A stretch of DNA of 64,000 nt from Candidatus Latescibacterota bacterium (GCA_965204725.1 OZ242005.1:3232001-3296000), one strand, 5' to 3'; positions 29,974-40,274 are shown, counted from the first letter of the stretch. Numbers and translations are program-made. Notes: generated by a model not told the origin, from the letters alone.

Positions 29974-30002
29974 AGCCTAATGTACGACGCGGGTGCTGTC
30001 AA
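29974..30002 (-). promoter_or_regulatory. sigma70-type promoter (leftward member of a divergent pair)
   Basis: The minus strand reads TTGACA-17 nt-TAGGCT. Confidence 0.6.
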
Positions 30003-30035
30003 GGTAGAAGCCCCGGTCTGCATCCTTGGAAAGGC

Positions 30036-30064
30036 TTGACTGAATCCGTGCGCTCCGCTAGGTT
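30036..30064 (+). promoter_or_regulatory. sigma70-type promoter (rightward member of a divergent pair)
   Basis: TTGACT-17 nt-TAGGTT. Confidence 0.6.
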
Positions 30065-30117
30065 GTACACTAGCTTTAGCTGGCCATCACCCTTACCGGA
30101 CGCACGGATTGGAACGC

Positions 30118-30146
30118 GGCGTGGCCGAAAGGCCGCGCCTCTCTTT
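30118..30146 (+). terminator. Intrinsic terminator-like hairpin directly before the DUF2953 gene start
   Basis: GGCGTGGCC-GAAA-GGCCGCGCC followed by TCTCTTT. Confidence 0.65.
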
Positions 30147-30803
30147 ATGCTAGACTGGCTATTTCCCGCGCTCTGTGCCCTCGGCGCGCTCGCCCTCGGT
30201 GCATTGTGCGCCCCTATGACCCTTGCCTTGCGCTGTCGGCGCGAGGGCTTGCCCGAGTCTTGGGAATGGGGTGTGCGGCTGTCCTTTTTTTGGGGGGGGC
30301 TAGGATTGGGGCTACGCTGGAAAGCCGAGGGCCTGTCCCTCGCGCCGGTGCTCTGCGGCCAATTCCTACCGTACCCCTTCCTGCCGCTGCGGCCCGCGGT
30401 GAAGCACCGGCAAAGAGCACGGCAAAAGGCCGCGCCCGAGGCCGCGCCCAAAGTCAGCGAGCGGCACTGGAGCACACTCGTGCGCCTGCTGGTCAAGCCC
30501 AGCGTTAGGCTCTTGGCGAGTCTGCCGCGCACCATTCGGCTCAAAAGGCTGCGAATCGAGGGCCGCTTGGGCTTTGCCGACCCGGCCCAAACCGGGCGAA
30601 TCTATGGCTATTTGCAGGCGGTTGCCGCGCACCGAGGAAGGGTCCAGATAAACGTCAGCCCGGATTTCGTGCGCCCGGGGGCCTTTGGCCGTTTGGATTT
30701 GGTCGCCCATCTGTATATGGGCTTGTTCATTTTACTCTTGGGGCGTTTTGGCTGGCAGGTGGCATCTCGTTTGTTAGTCGCGCGCCTCCGACCCGACCAC
30801 TAA
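30147..30803 (+). CDS. DUF2953-domain (YtfI-like) membrane protein
   Basis: N-terminal TM, GFADPAQTGRIYG and PDF motifs. Adjacent to a ytfJ-like gene. Confidence 0.75.
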   Translation: MLDWLFPALCALGALALGALCAPMTLALRCRREGLPESWEWGVRLSFFWGGLGLGLRWKAEGLSLAPVLCGQFLPYPFLPLRPAVKHRQRARQKAAPEAAPKVSERHWSTLVRLLVKPSVRLLASLPRTIRLKRLRIEGRLGFADPAQTGRIYGYLQAVAAHRGRVQINVSPDFVRPGAFGRLDLVAHLYMGLFILLLGRFGWQVASRLLVARLRPDH

Positions 30804-30829
30804 GCCCAATCTAAGCCGAGGAGCTTTTC

Positions 30830-31204
30830 ATGGCATCGTCTGTAGAATCCCTAGTTGAGCGCGTCCTAGGCGAGTTGCACCGCATCGTGCAAACGGAAAC
30901 CGTCATCGGGCAGCCGTTTCAGGCTGGCGACTTGACCATTATTCCGGTGTCGAAAATATCGTTTGGCTTTGGCGCCGGCGGCGGGCAGGAGGGCAAGGGG
31001 CAGAGCGGGACGGGCGGCGGCGCGAACATCGAACCCATTGCCTTCCTCATCGTCGATGCCGACGGCCGGGTGCAGGTGGCAGCTATCGGCGATCAAGAGG
31101 CCGGTTGGAGTCAGATCATCGGGCTGGTGCCCGAAGCCATCGGCAAGATCAAGAAGTTCGTCCGCAAGAACAAAGACAAAGACGCCGAGGCCGAGCGCGC
31201 CTGA
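30830..31204 (+). CDS. GerW/YtfJ-family protein
   Basis: TETVIGQP, IIPVSKISFGFGAGG and GGGANIEPIAFLIV. GAGGAG RBS. Confidence 0.9.
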   Translation: MASSVESLVERVLGELHRIVQTETVIGQPFQAGDLTIIPVSKISFGFGAGGGQEGKGQSGTGGGANIEPIAFLIVDADGRVQVAAIGDQEAGWSQIIGLVPEAIGKIKKFVRKNKDKDAEAERA

Positions 31205-31210
31205 GGCCCC

Positions 31211-31732
31211 TCAGTGGTGGTCTTGGCTGGTGGGGAATACCTTGAAGCGCCCGTCTAGCAACAGGTGGGTGTACCAACCGACGATGCAGGCCACAAAGAA
31301 AACCACGTGCCCTTCGAGCAGGGTGTACACGTTGTCCCAAGTAAATTCCCCCATAAAAGCCTGCCGCGCCCGCCAGTATTCGTAGCTCATGCCCAGCAAT
31401 CCCACGGTGATGAACGGACTAATTTTCGAGTGCGTCCAGCCGCGGTGGTGGTCCAAAAGCGGTAGGATGCACAAGATGCCCACGAGCGTCGCCAACTCGT
31501 AGTGCTCGGTCCAGCCCAGATAGAGCAAGGTGCATAAGACGCAGCGGAAGAACCACCGCTGTACTACCGAAGCGGTGTCCAAGTCGGGAAAGAGGGAGAA
31601 AAACAGCGCGGTGCCGCCGACAGCGGCTTGGGTCGTCAGGTCGTCGGGCGCGACCCAGCCCAAGTAGGTCGCGCCCGCCGCGACTCCACCGCCCGCGACG
31701 ACGCCTCCCAAGACATGTCCCTTGAAGTTCAC
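31211..31732 (-). CDS. Metal-dependent inner-membrane hydrolase (YbcI/DUF457-like)
   Basis: GH, FPDLD, HRGWTHS and HLLLD motifs with TM segments. Confidence 0.85.
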   Translation of the reverse strand: MNFKGHVLGGVVAGGGVAAGATYLGWVAPDDLTTQAAVGGTALFFSLFPDLDTASVVQRWFFRCVLCTLLYLGWTEHYELATLVGILCILPLLDHHRGWTHSKISPFITVGLLGMSYEYWRARQAFMGEFTWDNVYTLLEGHVVFFVACIVGWYTHLLLDGRFKVFPTSQDHH

Positions 31733-31736
31733 GCTC

Positions 31737-32792
31737 TCAAGCTCGTTTGGTTTGCTGGTGGTAAAGCTGGCCGCAGGCCGCGTCGATGTCCCGCCCGCGA
31801 CTGTGGCGCACTGTAAACTCGACGCCGCAGCCTTTGAGCACTTGGTAAAACTGCGCTAGACGCTGGCGGGCGGGCCGCCGGAAGCGGGGGTCTGCGGCCG
31901 TTTCGTTGTAGGGTATGAGGTTGATCTTGCAGGGAATGTTGCGGGTCAGTTCGGCTAGCCGCCGGGCGTCCGCGTCCGCATCGGTCAACCCGGCCATGAG
32001 CACGTATTCAAAGGTGACGCCATAGCCGCGCCGAGTGAAAAATTCGCGCGCCACCGCCAATAGATCGGCGATCTTGTACTTGCGGTTGATCGGCATGAGT
32101 TGCTCGCGCATCTCGTCGGTCGTGGCGTTGAGCGAAATGGCCAACCCCACGTTGAGATCTTCGGCCATGAGCCGGCGAATGCCCGGGATGTACCCCGCAG
32201 TAGATACCGTGACTTTCCGCCCTCCCAACCCAATGCCCTGTTTTAGGCGCATCAGTTTTAGGGCGCGGACGACCGCTGAGTAATTGAGCAGCGGCTCGCC
32301 CATTCCCATCATCACCACATTGGTCACCTTCTCGTTCCGCTCCCGGGCGAAGTGGTTGACCTGCAAGAGTTGATCGACGATCTGCCCGGCTTCGAGATTG
32401 GCTATCATCCCCATGCGCCCGGTGGCGCAGAACTTGCAGTCGAGCGGGCAGCCTACTTGCGACGACAGGCAGGCCGTGCGCCGAGTGCCATCGACGATCA
32501 GGACGGACTCGATGCGCTGCCCGGTGGGCAGCTCAAAGAGGAATTTGACGGCCTCGCCCGTAGCCGATTCTTGCCGCCTGACGAGGTTTAGGCAAGTAAT
32601 GCGCGTCCGCGTGGCGAGCTTTTCCCGCAAAATTTTGGAGAGATTGGTCATCTCGCGGACATCGTAGATGCCCTTGGCATAGAGCCAATCGAGGAGCTGA
32701 CCGGTGCGGTACACGGGTTCGTCGAGCTCGGCGACGAGCTGGTCAATCTCGTTGGGCAGCATAGATTTGAGGTCGTAAAGCTGACTAATCAC
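31737..32792 (-). CDS. rlmN: Dual-specificity 23S rRNA/tRNA m2A methyltransferase (radical SAM)
   Basis: SSQVGCPLDCKFCATG, MGMGEP and DIDAACGQL. Confidence 0.95.
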   Translation of the reverse strand: MISQLYDLKSMLPNEIDQLVAELDEPVYRTGQLLDWLYAKGIYDVREMTNLSKILREKLATRTRITCLNLVRRQESATGEAVKFLFELPTGQRIESVLIVDGTRRTACLSSQVGCPLDCKFCATGRMGMIANLEAGQIVDQLLQVNHFARERNEKVTNVVMMGMGEPLLNYSAVVRALKLMRLKQGIGLGGRKVTVSTAGYIPGIRRLMAEDLNVGLAISLNATTDEMREQLMPINRKYKIADLLAVAREFFTRRGYGVTFEYVLMAGLTDADADARRLAELTRNIPCKINLIPYNETAADPRFRRPARQRLAQFYQVLKGCGVEFTVRHSRGRDIDAACGQLYHQQTKRA

Positions 32793-32900
32793 CTTAAAAG
32801 TCCTTGACGAATAAACGGCTTGGCATATATGTTAAGAGTTTGCTGATATTGGTCAACGGGCTCCCAACCGTTGCTAGCTCCCTTGTTTTCCCATCTATTG

Positions 32901-34199
32901 ATGAATATGCGATTCGGATTTGCCATCAGGTTCTGGGGCATTCTATTGGGCTTCCTCGCGCTCGCGCTTGGAGCGTTGTGCTTGGGGATGGCCTCTCAAC
33001 ACTCGGCGGCCACAACAGCCCATGCTCCGGCCGCCGTTGGGGAGCCGCCCTTTGTCGGCCCCCAGATTCCACCCCTGCCCGAAGACCCCACGCGGACGAT
33101 TGCCGACGTGCTGAGCTACGGGGATTCCATCGACCGCTCGCTCAAGCACCGCCGCGTCCCGAGCCGCCAGTTGGAGCGGCTGTACCAAGCGTTGTACGCG
33201 GTCTTCGACCCCGCTCAAGTCAAGCCGGGCGACTCCTACGAGGTCGTAATCGACTCCAGCGACGCCATTCGCCGCTTCCGCTACACGCCCCATCGCACCC
33301 CGGACCGCCCGATTGAGGTGGCGTTGCGCGACGGCCAGCTCGTCGGCCGCCAGCTACAATTGCCGCTGGAGCGACGGCGCGAGCGGCTCGAAGTACGCAT
33401 CGAGAACAACCTCTCTAACGCCATTCGCACGGCCGGGGAGGGCGGCGCGCTCAGCGACGCGATCGCCGACGACATATTCGGCGCAGTCATCGACTTCCAG
33501 CGCGACCCGCGCCGCGGCGATCGGCTGGGCATCGTCTTTGAAAAGCTCTACCTCGACGAGCGCTTTGTGCGCTACGGTCACGTCCTCTTGGCGCGCTACA
33601 AAGGCGAGCGAGTGACCAAGTTGGCGGTCCGCTATGCCCCGGCCGAGGGAGAGGACGCCTATTACGACGCCAGCGGTCGCTCCCTCGGCCGGATGTTCGT
33701 ACTCAAGCCCCTCAGAGCCAGCCGCATCACCTCGCGCTTCAACCGCCAGCGCTTCCATCCCGTCCTCAAAGAGCAACGCCCCCATCTGGGCACGGACTAC
33801 GGCGCGCCGACCGGCACCTTGGTGTGGACTACGGCCCGGGGGCAGGTGGCGTACGCCGGGCGGAAGGGCGGATACGGCAAGCTGGTCGAAATCGTCCATC
33901 CCAATGGCTACCGCACCCGCTACGCGCACCTGAGCAAGATATTGGTTCGCAAAGGTCAGCTCGTCGAGCAAAAAGACATCATCGGCAAAGTGGGTGCCAC
34001 CGGACTGGCGACCGGCCCCCACCTGCACTACGAAATCATCAAGGACGGCCGCCACATCAATCCCGAACGCATCAACACAGGCAGTGACGTCCCGACGCTG
34101 GCCGACGGTCTGTTGCCGGACTTTATCCAAAAGCGCGACGCGCTCTTGCACGTCCTCGATCTCGGCCCGCGCCACTTGGCTTTTCGCAGCGGCCCTTGA
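32901..34199 (+). CDS. M23-family peptidoglycan DD-endopeptidase (MepM-like)
   Basis: N-terminal TM, HLGTDYGA, YAHLS and TGPHLHYE. An upstream TTGACG-18-TATGTT promoter candidate lies at 32804-32833. Confidence 0.9.
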   Translation: MNMRFGFAIRFWGILLGFLALALGALCLGMASQHSAATTAHAPAAVGEPPFVGPQIPPLPEDPTRTIADVLSYGDSIDRSLKHRRVPSRQLERLYQALYAVFDPAQVKPGDSYEVVIDSSDAIRRFRYTPHRTPDRPIEVALRDGQLVGRQLQLPLERRRERLEVRIENNLSNAIRTAGEGGALSDAIADDIFGAVIDFQRDPRRGDRLGIVFEKLYLDERFVRYGHVLLARYKGERVTKLAVRYAPAEGEDAYYDASGRSLGRMFVLKPLRASRITSRFNRQRFHPVLKEQRPHLGTDYGAPTGTLVWTTARGQVAYAGRKGGYGKLVEIVHPNGYRTRYAHLSKILVRKGQLVEQKDIIGKVGATGLATGPHLHYEIIKDGRHINPERINTGSDVPTLADGLLPDFIQKRDALLHVLDLGPRHLAFRSGP

Positions 34200-34235
34200 C
34201 ACGCCCTTTGCCCTAGTTTTATTGGCTGTCTCGCT

Positions 34236-34637
34236 ATGGAATTGAAGTCGCTGCAGGAGATCGAGAGCCTCGCCGAGCGCGACGGTCGCTACAAGAGGGA
34301 CGCGTACCTTTTTGTGTACGACGCGCTGGAGTACACGGTGCGCACGCTCGGCAAGGACGCCTTGCCCAACGAGAAGCGGCACATTTCCGGCCGGGACTTG
34401 CTCTTTGGCATCAGCGAGTACAGTGCCGATCAGTTTGGGCCGCTCACTTGCGCGGTCTTTGCCCACTGGGGCATTGAGCAGACGCGCGATTTCGGCGAAA
34501 TTGTCTTCAACTTGGTCAAAGCGAATTTGCTCCGCAAAACAGACGAGGACCGGATTGAAGACTTCGTCGATGTGTACGACTTTGCCGAGGAATTCGACTG
34601 GAAGAAGCGCAAGGCCGACCTCAAGCGCCTGCCCTAA
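34236..34637 (+). CDS. Minf_1886 / TIGR04138-family conserved protein
   Basis: RY..DAYLFV.DAL, RHISG.DLL.GI, FGPL, WGI..T.DFGEIVFNLV. Confidence 0.85.
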   Translation: MELKSLQEIESLAERDGRYKRDAYLFVYDALEYTVRTLGKDALPNEKRHISGRDLLFGISEYSADQFGPLTCAVFAHWGIEQTRDFGEIVFNLVKANLLRKTDEDRIEDFVDVYDFAEEFDWKKRKADLKRLP

Positions 34638-34652
34638 GCGCGGGACGCGAAG

Positions 34653-35852
34653 ATGAAAATCGCCTATTTCGACTGCTTCTCAGGTATTAGCGGCGACATG
34701 ATCTTGGGTGCCCTGCTCGACGCGGGTCTCGCGCTGGCGGACCTCAACCGAGAAATCGCCAAGCTCGGCGTGCCGGGCGTCGCCATTGAGCGCGAACCCA
34801 CCGCCCGGCACGCCATTGCCGCCACGCGGGCCAAGGTCTGCGTGGCCGACGCGCCTTTGGCCGGTGCCGAGCACCATCTCGACCTGTCGGGCGAGCACGC
34901 CCACACCCATCTCAAAGACATAACTCGCTGCATTGACGGCAGCCGCTTAGACGGCGTTGTCAAGGAACGCTCCATGCGCATTTTTGAACGCCTGTGTGTA
35001 GCCGAAGCCGAGGTCCACAACGCCGCGCCGGCCGAAGTGGCCCTGCACGAAGTGGGTGCCCTCGACGCCCTGATAGACGTGGTAGGGGCCGTGGCCGGCC
35101 TCCAACTCTTGGAGGTGGACGAGGTCTGCGCTTCGCCGCTGCGCTTTGGTACGGGCTTTGTGCGCTGTGCGCACGGGTGCTACCCGGTGCCCGTGCCGGG
35201 GGTCGTGGCCCTCTGCCGCGGCGTGCCGACCGAGCAGACCGATATCCGCGCCGAACTCGTCACCCCGACCGGGGCGGCGATCATCACCACCTTGGCCCAG
35301 TCCTTTGGGCCGCAGCCGCCCTTCTGCCAACAGGCCGTCGGCTATGGTGCGGGCGGCCGCGACTTAGAGGCCATCCCCAATCTATTGCGCTTGCGCTTGG
35401 GCGAGCGAGCACCGACCAGCGAGCGCGTCCTGCTGATTGAAGCCAATATCGACGACATGAACCCCGAGGTGTACGGCTACCTCTTCGATCGGCTGCTAGC
35501 GCAGGGCGCGTGCGACGTGTACGCCGCGCCGGTCCTGATGAAAAAGGGCCGCCCGGGCAATGTGCTCAGCGTCCTCGCGCCGGCGGGTCGCCTAGACGAG
35601 TTGGCCGGAATCGTCCTGCGAGAAACAACGACCATCGGCCTCCGCTACTACGAGGTGGAACGCCGCGTCTTGGAACGCCAAGTCCAGACCGTTGCCACGC
35701 CGTACGGGGCGGTCGGCGTCAAGTTTAGCTGTATAGACGGCCGCCGCCGCGTCGCTCCTGAATACGAGGATTGCGCTCGGCTGGCCCAAGAGCACCAAGT
35801 GCCCTTGCTATCCGTATATGAGGCCGCTCAAACGGCCGCCACTAAGGAGTAA
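34653..35852 (+). CDS. larC: Nickel-pincer cofactor biosynthesis protein LarC
   Basis: YFDCFSGISGDM.LGAL, HEVGALD, ELVTPTGAA, EANIDD, MKKGRPG, ETTTIG and PEYEDC. Confidence 0.93.
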   Translation: MKIAYFDCFSGISGDMILGALLDAGLALADLNREIAKLGVPGVAIEREPTARHAIAATRAKVCVADAPLAGAEHHLDLSGEHAHTHLKDITRCIDGSRLDGVVKERSMRIFERLCVAEAEVHNAAPAEVALHEVGALDALIDVVGAVAGLQLLEVDEVCASPLRFGTGFVRCAHGCYPVPVPGVVALCRGVPTEQTDIRAELVTPTGAAIITTLAQSFGPQPPFCQQAVGYGAGGRDLEAIPNLLRLRLGERAPTSERVLLIEANIDDMNPEVYGYLFDRLLAQGACDVYAAPVLMKKGRPGNVLSVLAPAGRLDELAGIVLRETTTIGLRYYEVERRVLERQVQTVATPYGAVGVKFSCIDGRRRVAPEYEDCARLAQEHQVPLLSVYEAAQTAATKE

Positions 35853-36631
35853 TGACCATCATGTTGCGGTTAATCGTATGTGCGTTATGCGCGTTATGGC
35901 TGGTTCCCCTATCGAGCCAAGCGGCCGAATGGCCGGCTTATAGGGGCGATTTAGACGAATTCGACAACATACAGCACTTGCCGGCCGGCGAAGGCCCAGC
36001 CCGCCTCGTGCTCGGCGACAACGACGGCCGGATCCACGTCTATGAAGAGCGCGAAGGGCGCGACCAGACCTATGCCGAGGTGTGGGTCAGCGACTACCTC
36101 GAAGGGGCCGTGGCCGGCGTGTTCGTCCTCGACATCAACGACGACCCGCTCGAGGAGATCGTCGCCTATACCGACCACGGCCGCGTGTATTACTTCGACG
36201 CTCAGGACTACGCGCTCGTGTGGAGCAACTCGCCCAATGAATACGCCCGCATTACCAGCCTAACCATCGGCGACATTGACGATGACCCCCAGCCCGAGCT
36301 CGTGTTTTGCGCCGATGGGCGCTTGATCGTGTACGACGGCCGCGACCAGTACGAGCAGTGGCGCAGCGACCAAACCGACTTGACGGCCCATCAGATTCTC
36401 ATCGGCGATGTCGATGGGGACGACGAAGACGAAATCGTACTCAACGACGGCTACGTGTTCGACGCCCGGTTCTTCGACTTGGAATGGCAGTCGCCCGTGC
36501 CATTTGGCGAGCGCGTGGGCCTAATAGACCTCGACGAGGACCAGATTCCCGAGGTCGTCGGCGAGTCTCAGGGCCGCTACCTCCGCATCTTTGATATCGA
36601 TCTCCGGCGCGCCAAGTCGCTGGGGCGCTAG
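35852..36631 (+). CDS. Secreted FG-GAP/VCBS-like repeat protein
   Basis: Signal peptide and repeated D.D.D...E.V motifs (DINDDPLEEI, DIDDDPQPEL, DVDGDDEDEI, DLDEDQIPEV). Confidence 0.7.
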   Translation: MTIMLRLIVCALCALWLVPLSSQAAEWPAYRGDLDEFDNIQHLPAGEGPARLVLGDNDGRIHVYEEREGRDQTYAEVWVSDYLEGAVAGVFVLDINDDPLEEIVAYTDHGRVYYFDAQDYALVWSNSPNEYARITSLTIGDIDDDPQPELVFCADGRLIVYDGRDQYEQWRSDQTDLTAHQILIGDVDGDDEDEIVLNDGYVFDARFFDLEWQSPVPFGERVGLIDLDEDQIPEVVGESQGRYLRIFDIDLRRAKSLGR

Positions 36632-36708
36632 CGGCCCCGCCTTGACACTTGGGCGGCGACCGGCGTATATACTCCCGCCGATACAACCACCAACAAGGAG
36701 CGATTGCC

Positions 36709-37698
36709 ATGCGACCTGTCACCCTCTTCACTGGCCAGTGGGCCGACATACCTATTGAGACCCTCTGCCAACAGGCCGTTGAGTTTGGCTACGACGGTTT
36801 GGAGTTGGCCTGCTGGGGCGACCATTTTGAGGTGGACCAAGCCACCGATGCCTATTGCGAGGCCAAGCGCAAACTGCTCGCAAAACACGATCTAGCCCTG
36901 TTTGCCATTTCCAATCACCTCGTCGGCCAAGCCGTGTGCGACGCCATTGACAGCCGCCACCAAGCCATCCTGCCCCCGCGCATCTTTGGCGACGGCCGCC
37001 CGGAGGGCGTGCGCCAGCGAGCGGCCGAAGAGATGATCGCCACCGGTCGAGCGGCCGCCCGGCTCGGGGTCGAGGTGGTCAACGGCTTCACCGGCTCCTC
37101 GATCTGGCCGTTGCTCTATTCGTTTCCCCCGGTATCCCCCGATTTGATCGCGGCCGGCTATGCGGATTTTGCCGCGCGCTGGAAACCCATACTCGACCAA
37201 TATCAAGCCCTCGGCGTCAAGTTCGCGCTAGAGGTCCATCCCACTGAAATCGCCTTTGATACGGCCTCGGCCGAGCGCGCCATCCAAGCACTCGACGGCC
37301 ACCCGGCCTTTGGCTTCAACTACGACCCCAGTCACCTCGGCTACCAAGGCGTGGATTACGTCGAGTTCATCTACCGATTCAGCGACCGCATCTTCCACGT
37401 CCATCTGAAGGACGTAGGCTGGTCTGCGACGCCGACCGACGCCGGGGTCTTCGGCGGGCACACCGAGTTCGGCGACCGCCGCCGCTATTGGGACTTTCGC
37501 TCGTTGGGCCGCGGCAACATCGACTTCGAGGAAATCATCCGCGCCCTCAACCGCATCAACTATCAGGGGCCGCTGTCGGTCGAATGGGAAGACAGCGGCA
37601 TGGATCGCGTCCACGGCGCGACCGAAGCGGCCGCCTTTGTCAAACAGGTCGATTTCCCGCCCTCGGATCTGGCCTTTGACGCGGCGTTTGAGGACTAG
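36709..37698 (+). CDS. Sugar phosphate isomerase/epimerase (xylose-isomerase-like TIM barrel)
   Basis: [40 protein letters not shown] and SVEWED. AAGGAG RBS, with TTGACA at 36642 upstream. Confidence 0.88.
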   Translation: MRPVTLFTGQWADIPIETLCQQAVEFGYDGLELACWGDHFEVDQATDAYCEAKRKLLAKHDLALFAISNHLVGQAVCDAIDSRHQAILPPRIFGDGRPEGVRQRAAEEMIATGRAAARLGVEVVNGFTGSSIWPLLYSFPPVSPDLIAAGYADFAARWKPILDQYQALGVKFALEVHPTEIAFDTASAERAIQALDGHPAFGFNYDPSHLGYQGVDYVEFIYRFSDRIFHVHLKDVGWSATPTDAGVFGGHTEFGDRRRYWDFRSLGRGNIDFEEIIRALNRINYQGPLSVEWEDSGMDRVHGATEAAAFVKQVDFPPSDLAFDAAFED

Positions 37699-37700
37699 CC

Positions 37701-39260
37701 TTGCAGCGTCTCGTCGCTCTCCTGCTCGTCGTCCTGCTCATCGCTTGTGGCCGCGAGCAACGCCCGCAGCAGACCTTGGTTTTTGGCCGCGGCTCGGATT
37801 CGGTCGGGCTCGATCCGGCCATTGAAAACGACGGCGAATCGTTTAAGGTCTGCGACAATCTGTACGAGACGTTGGTGACCTACCACAGCGAGAGCACGGC
37901 TGTCGTGCCGCAACTGGCGCGTTCTTGGCACATTTCCGACGATCAGCTCGCGTGGACCTTCCACTTGCGGACGGGGGTCCTCTTCCACGACGGCACGCCC
38001 TTTAACGCCGAGGCCATGCTGTTTTCCCTCGGGCGGCAGCTATACAAAGACCATCCCTTCCACAAAGTCGCCGGCGCGTACAAGTACTGGCAGGCCATGG
38101 GCATGGACGACATCGTCGCCGCGCTAGAGGCCCCGGACGACTCGACCTTTGTCATCCGCCTCAAAGAGCCGCATGCTCCCTTTCTGGCCAACTTGGCGAT
38201 GAACTTCTGTGCGGCCGTCAGTCCCACCGCAGTGGCCCGGCACGGTCGCGATTATTTCAAAAACCCGGTCGGCACCGGCCCGTTCCGCTTTGTCGAATGG
38301 CGCAAGGACGAGCGCATCGTCTTGGAGCGCAACCCCGATTACTGGGGGCCCCAGCCGCCGCTCGATCGCCTAATTTTTAAGCCCATTCAGGAAGCCTCGG
38401 TGCGCTTCTTGGAGCTTTCGCAGGGCACGATCCACGGCTTTGACAACCTCAGCCCGGAGTACCTTGAGCCGATCCGCGCCGACCCCAATCTCCACCTCTT
38501 GACGCAGGCTGGCATGAACGTCGGCTACTTGGCCATGCACCTAGACAAGAAGCCCTTTGACGACGTGCGGGTGCGCCGAGCCGTAAATCACGCCGTGAAT
38601 AAGCAGGCCCTCGTGGATAATTTTTACGAGGGCTTGGCCATGCCAGCCAAAAACCCCATCCCGCCGACCCTGTGGAGCTATAACGACACCATTGCTGGCT
38701 ATGACTATGATCCGGCGAAAGCGCGGGCCTTGCTGGCCGCAGCCGGTTATGCCGAGGGCTTTGCGACCGAGTTGTGGGCCATGCCGGTGCCGCGGCCCTA
38801 TATGCCGCAGCCGGGCAAGATCGCCGAGGCGATTCAGGCCGATCTCGAAAAGGTGGGAATTCACGCCCGCATTGTGTCTTGGGAATGGGGCACGTACTTG
38901 GACAAGGTGTTCGACGGTCAGCACCAGATGGCGTTGTTGGGTTGGACCGGCGACAACGGCGACCCAGACAACTTCCTCTACGTGCTCCTCGACTCGACCG
39001 CGGCCGTCAAGCCGGCCCAGAATATCGCCTTCTACCGCAGCGTGGAGCTGCACGACGCCCTCGTCGCGGCTCGCCGTTCAACCGACCGCGCCGAGCGCAC
39101 GCGGCTCTACGCCCAAGCGCAGGAAATCGTCCACCGCGACGCCCCGTGGGTTCCCCTAGTACACGCGACGCAGACGGTGGTTTTCCAGCACCGCGTCACG
39201 GGCTTCAAGCTGCATCCCACCGGCAGCAAGTGGTTTCACAGCACCGCGCTGGCCCCTTGA
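37701..39260 (+). CDS. dppA: Dipeptide ABC transporter substrate-binding lipoprotein (SBP family 5)
   Basis: Lipobox LIAC, LRTGVLFHDG, PVGTGPF, MPVPRPY and GWTGDNGDPDNF. Confidence 0.88.
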   Translation: MQRLVALLLVVLLIACGREQRPQQTLVFGRGSDSVGLDPAIENDGESFKVCDNLYETLVTYHSESTAVVPQLARSWHISDDQLAWTFHLRTGVLFHDGTPFNAEAMLFSLGRQLYKDHPFHKVAGAYKYWQAMGMDDIVAALEAPDDSTFVIRLKEPHAPFLANLAMNFCAAVSPTAVARHGRDYFKNPVGTGPFRFVEWRKDERIVLERNPDYWGPQPPLDRLIFKPIQEASVRFLELSQGTIHGFDNLSPEYLEPIRADPNLHLLTQAGMNVGYLAMHLDKKPFDDVRVRRAVNHAVNKQALVDNFYEGLAMPAKNPIPPTLWSYNDTIAGYDYDPAKARALLAAAGYAEGFATELWAMPVPRPYMPQPGKIAEAIQADLEKVGIHARIVSWEWGTYLDKVFDGQHQMALLGWTGDNGDPDNFLYVLLDSTAAVKPAQNIAFYRSVELHDALVAARRSTDRAERTRLYAQAQEIVHRDAPWVPLVHATQTVVFQHRVTGFKLHPTGSKWFHSTALAP

Positions 39261-39263
39261 GCC

Positions 39264-40274
39264 ATGTACCGCTTCGTCCTCAAGCGGCTCATCGCGCTCT
39301 TGCCGACGCTGGCGGGTATTTCGCTTCTAGTTTTTCTGATGCTCTATTTGGTGCCGGGGGATCCGGCCCAAGTCATGCTCGGAGAGCGCGCCAATGCCGA
39401 GAGCTTGGCCGAGTTGCGCGCGACCATGGGCCTCGACCAGCCCTTCCACGTGCAGTTTTACCGCTTCTTCACCGGCCTGTTGCGCGGCGATCTCGGCCGC
39501 TCGATTCGCACTCACGAGAAAATCACCACCGAACTCGTCCAGCGCTTCCCGGCCACCTGCGAGCTAACGGTGGCGAGTATGCTGCTGGCCGTGGTGGTCG
39601 GCATCGCGGCCGGCCTGTGGGCGGCTGTGCGGCGGGGCAAAATCGCCGATCTCCTCAGCATGATCTTGGCGACGGCTGGCATTTCCATTCCGGTATTTTG
39701 GCTGGCCCTGATGCTCGTGTTGCTGTTGGCCTTTTACGTGCCGCTCTTTCCGGTGTCCGGCCGCTTGAGCACGGATATTTACTTTGAGCCGATCACCTAT
39801 TTCTACGTAATCGACACCCTTTTGCAGGGCGATTTCGCGGCCTGCGGCGACGTGCTGTGGCACCTCTTCCTGCCGGCCCTGACCTTGGGGACTATTCCCA
39901 TGGCCGTCATCGCCCGCATGACCCGCGCCAGCCTGATCGACGTCCTCGGCGAGGACTACATCCGCACGGCTTGGGCCAAGGGCCTGCAACAGCGGGTGGT
40001 GATTGTGCGCCACGCCCTGAAAAACGCCTTCATCCCCACGCTCACGGTCATTGCCCTCGAATTTGGCTACCTGCTCGGGGGCGCGGTTATCACCGAGACC
40101 ATCTTCGCTTGGCCCGGGGTGGGCCGCTGGCTCTTTTTAGCGGTGCAGGCGCGCGACTTCCGCGCAGTGCAGGGCGGGGTTTTGCTGCTGGCCGCGGTCT
40201 TTGTGCTGGCCAACCTCATCGCCGACGTACTCTACGCTTGGCTGGACCCGCGGATACGCTATGACGAGGAATAG
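39264..40274 (+). CDS. dppB: Dipeptide ABC transporter permease
   Basis: PGDPA, GDLGRS, FPAT.EL, EDYIRTAWAKG, HALKNA and DPRI. Confidence 0.9.
   Translation: MYRFVLKRLIALLPTLAGISLLVFLMLYLVPGDPAQVMLGERANAESLAELRATMGLDQPFHVQFYRFFTGLLRGDLGRSIRTHEKITTELVQRFPATCELTVASMLLAVVVGIAAGLWAAVRRGKIADLLSMILATAGISIPVFWLALMLVLLLAFYVPLFPVSGRLSTDIYFEPITYFYVIDTLLQGDFAACGDVLWHLFLPALTLGTIPMAVIARMTRASLIDVLGEDYIRTAWAKGLQQRVVIVRHALKNAFIPTLTVIALEFGYLLGGAVITETIFAWPGVGRWLFLAVQARDFRAVQGGVLLLAAVFVLANLIADVLYAWLDPRIRYDEE

Noticed and set aside
30108-30146. TGGAACGCG before a terminator as a T-box riboswitch
   Set aside because: It lacks the full UGGNACC bulge and recognisable stem I motifs, and the downstream gene is not amino-acid related.
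30830-31204. GerW/YtfJ as evidence of sporulation
   Set aside because: The family is widespread in non-sporulating bacteria and archaea, and the window shows a diderm envelope.
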